64,000 nucleotides of DNA from Azolla caroliniana (Eukaryota; Plantae; Polypodiophyta): positions 14,446,001 through 14,510,000 of the forward strand of contig JBHGNT010000001.1 in NCBI GenBank assembly GCA_043228905.1, read 5' to 3'. Position 1 is the stretch's first letter. Every line of letters begins with the position of its first letter. The position numbers were made by a program, and so were the translations under genes. Shown here piece after piece: positions 62,701 through 64,000 of this stretch. The notes beneath the pieces were generated by a model, which ran no database searches, was not told the origin of the DNA, and saw only the letters and a program-made list of their open reading frames with translations.

Positions 62701-64000
62701 CCACATGTAGTAGATCACCACAACCCGGCTATTATATTAATATTACACAGACAGGAAATTCCTAGATGCGTAATCAATGGCGGCTCAGGTGTCAATGTAA
62801 TTAGCGTGAAAACTTGCGAGCAATTAGGCATTTCAGAATGGGAGGCTTGCCCATTCTGGCTCTGAATGGCAGATACCCGCTCAGTACGGCCATTGGGGTT
62901 AATTCGCAAGATAGGCATTATCGTGGGCGGACACCGTTTCGACATCTCGGTGGTCGTCCTCGCCTTGGACGCCCCAGGGGCGTACCCAGTGCTTCTGGGT
63001 AGACCATGGCTTCGGGCAAAAAATATCAAGCAGGGCTGGCAACACAAGTGTATCAGTTTCCGACACGGACGAGCTAAGGTTCGCGTACCTACGGAAGGAA
63101 GCACGCCACAACCCAAGGGTATAACACCATTATACACAGAAGATATAAATATGTTGGCTGGGGTGGAGGATGCAGAATTAGAGGCATACTTGGATGAGCA
63201 CCCTCGGATCATTCCGCTGTTCGAAATCGACGTCATCGCAACTGCGGCAGAATATGCCACGGCCACTATTCTCCACGACGAGGCTTACGAACCAAACCTA
63301 GAGTCCATATTGGAACTCAGCAGAGCACGGGCGGCATTCGAAAGGGAAATGGAAATTTCACAACGAGTCACCGCCTCTGCCTTGGAAGAAGTAAATGTGG
63401 GAACGGAGTCAGAACCCCGTTTCCTCTCCATCACAAAGGAATTAAGGCCGGACCAGAGAAACACGATGATCGCACTACTCAAGAAATATAAAGATGTGTT
63501 CGCTTGGGCTCACGAGGACATGAAGGGGTTAGATCCCAAGTTCTATCAACATAAGATCAATTTAGCAACCGACGCAAAACCCGTCCAGCAGCGCCGCTAC
63601 CGCATGAACCCGAATTATGCGACCCGCGTAAAAGAAGAAATTGACAAACTCCTAAAGGCGGGGTTCATACGGCCAGTTAAACAAGCCACATGGTTAAGTC
63701 CGATAGCGGTCATTCCAAAGAAAAACGGCAAAATACGGGTATGCGTGGATTACCGAAAATTAAACACCGTAACCATTACGGACGCATTCCCTTTACCATT
63801 CACCGATAGCGTACTAGACGCCGTCGCAGGACATGAGATGTACAGTTTTTTAGATGGCTTCAGTGGGTATAACTAGGTACGCATGCATCCCGAGGACCAA
63901 GAGAAGACGACATTTGTCACGGACTGGGGAGTCTATGTGGTAGTCGTCATGATGTTCGGGCTAAAGACGACGCTGGCAACATTTCAACGGACAATTACGG
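59789..64000 (+). mobile_element. Ty3/gypsy element (family H, Athila/Tat-like), 5' part running off the window
   Basis: Putative LTR about 59789-60831; PBS-like tggcacgc at 60836 (possibly tRNA-Arg); gag 61120-62559 with CCHC knuckles; PR INGGSGVNVI; RT IRVCVDYRKLN...SFLDGFSGYN; in-frame stops. Confidence 0.88.

Overview
This is land-plant nuclear DNA, probably from a non-seed plant such as a fern, lycophyte or bryophyte (an inference from the Tcn1-like chromoviruses). About 90% of the window is nested, decayed Ty1/copia and Ty3/gypsy LTR retrotransposons and solo LTRs. Several insertion boundaries can be resolved to the base from TG..CA ends, primer-binding sites (PBS), polypurine tracts (PPT) and target-site duplications (TSD). 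No host protein-coding gene is supported. The only clear host genes are a convergent pair of spliceosomal snRNA genes, U2 (+, about 18327-18535) and U1 (-, about 19584-19748), each with a USE + TATA promoter. Highlights: (1) LTRs of three gypsy families carry a tRNA-like A-box/B-box (Pol III/TFIIIC-type) module, always antisense and near the outer U3 edge. (2) Both snRNA promoters have a 22-nt USE-TATA spacing, which is Pol III-like by angiosperm rules. (3) Chromovirus LTRs carry perfect heat-shock-element arrays just upstream of the TATA box. (4) One chromovirus has a Tf1-type self-priming PBS. (5) A gypsy element with fungal-like RT motifs has a tRNA-Trp PBS and 4-bp TSDs. (6) A 154-bp tandem array lies upstream of a chromovirus gag. 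Coordinates were read by eye, so small errors are possible, and no database searches were run.
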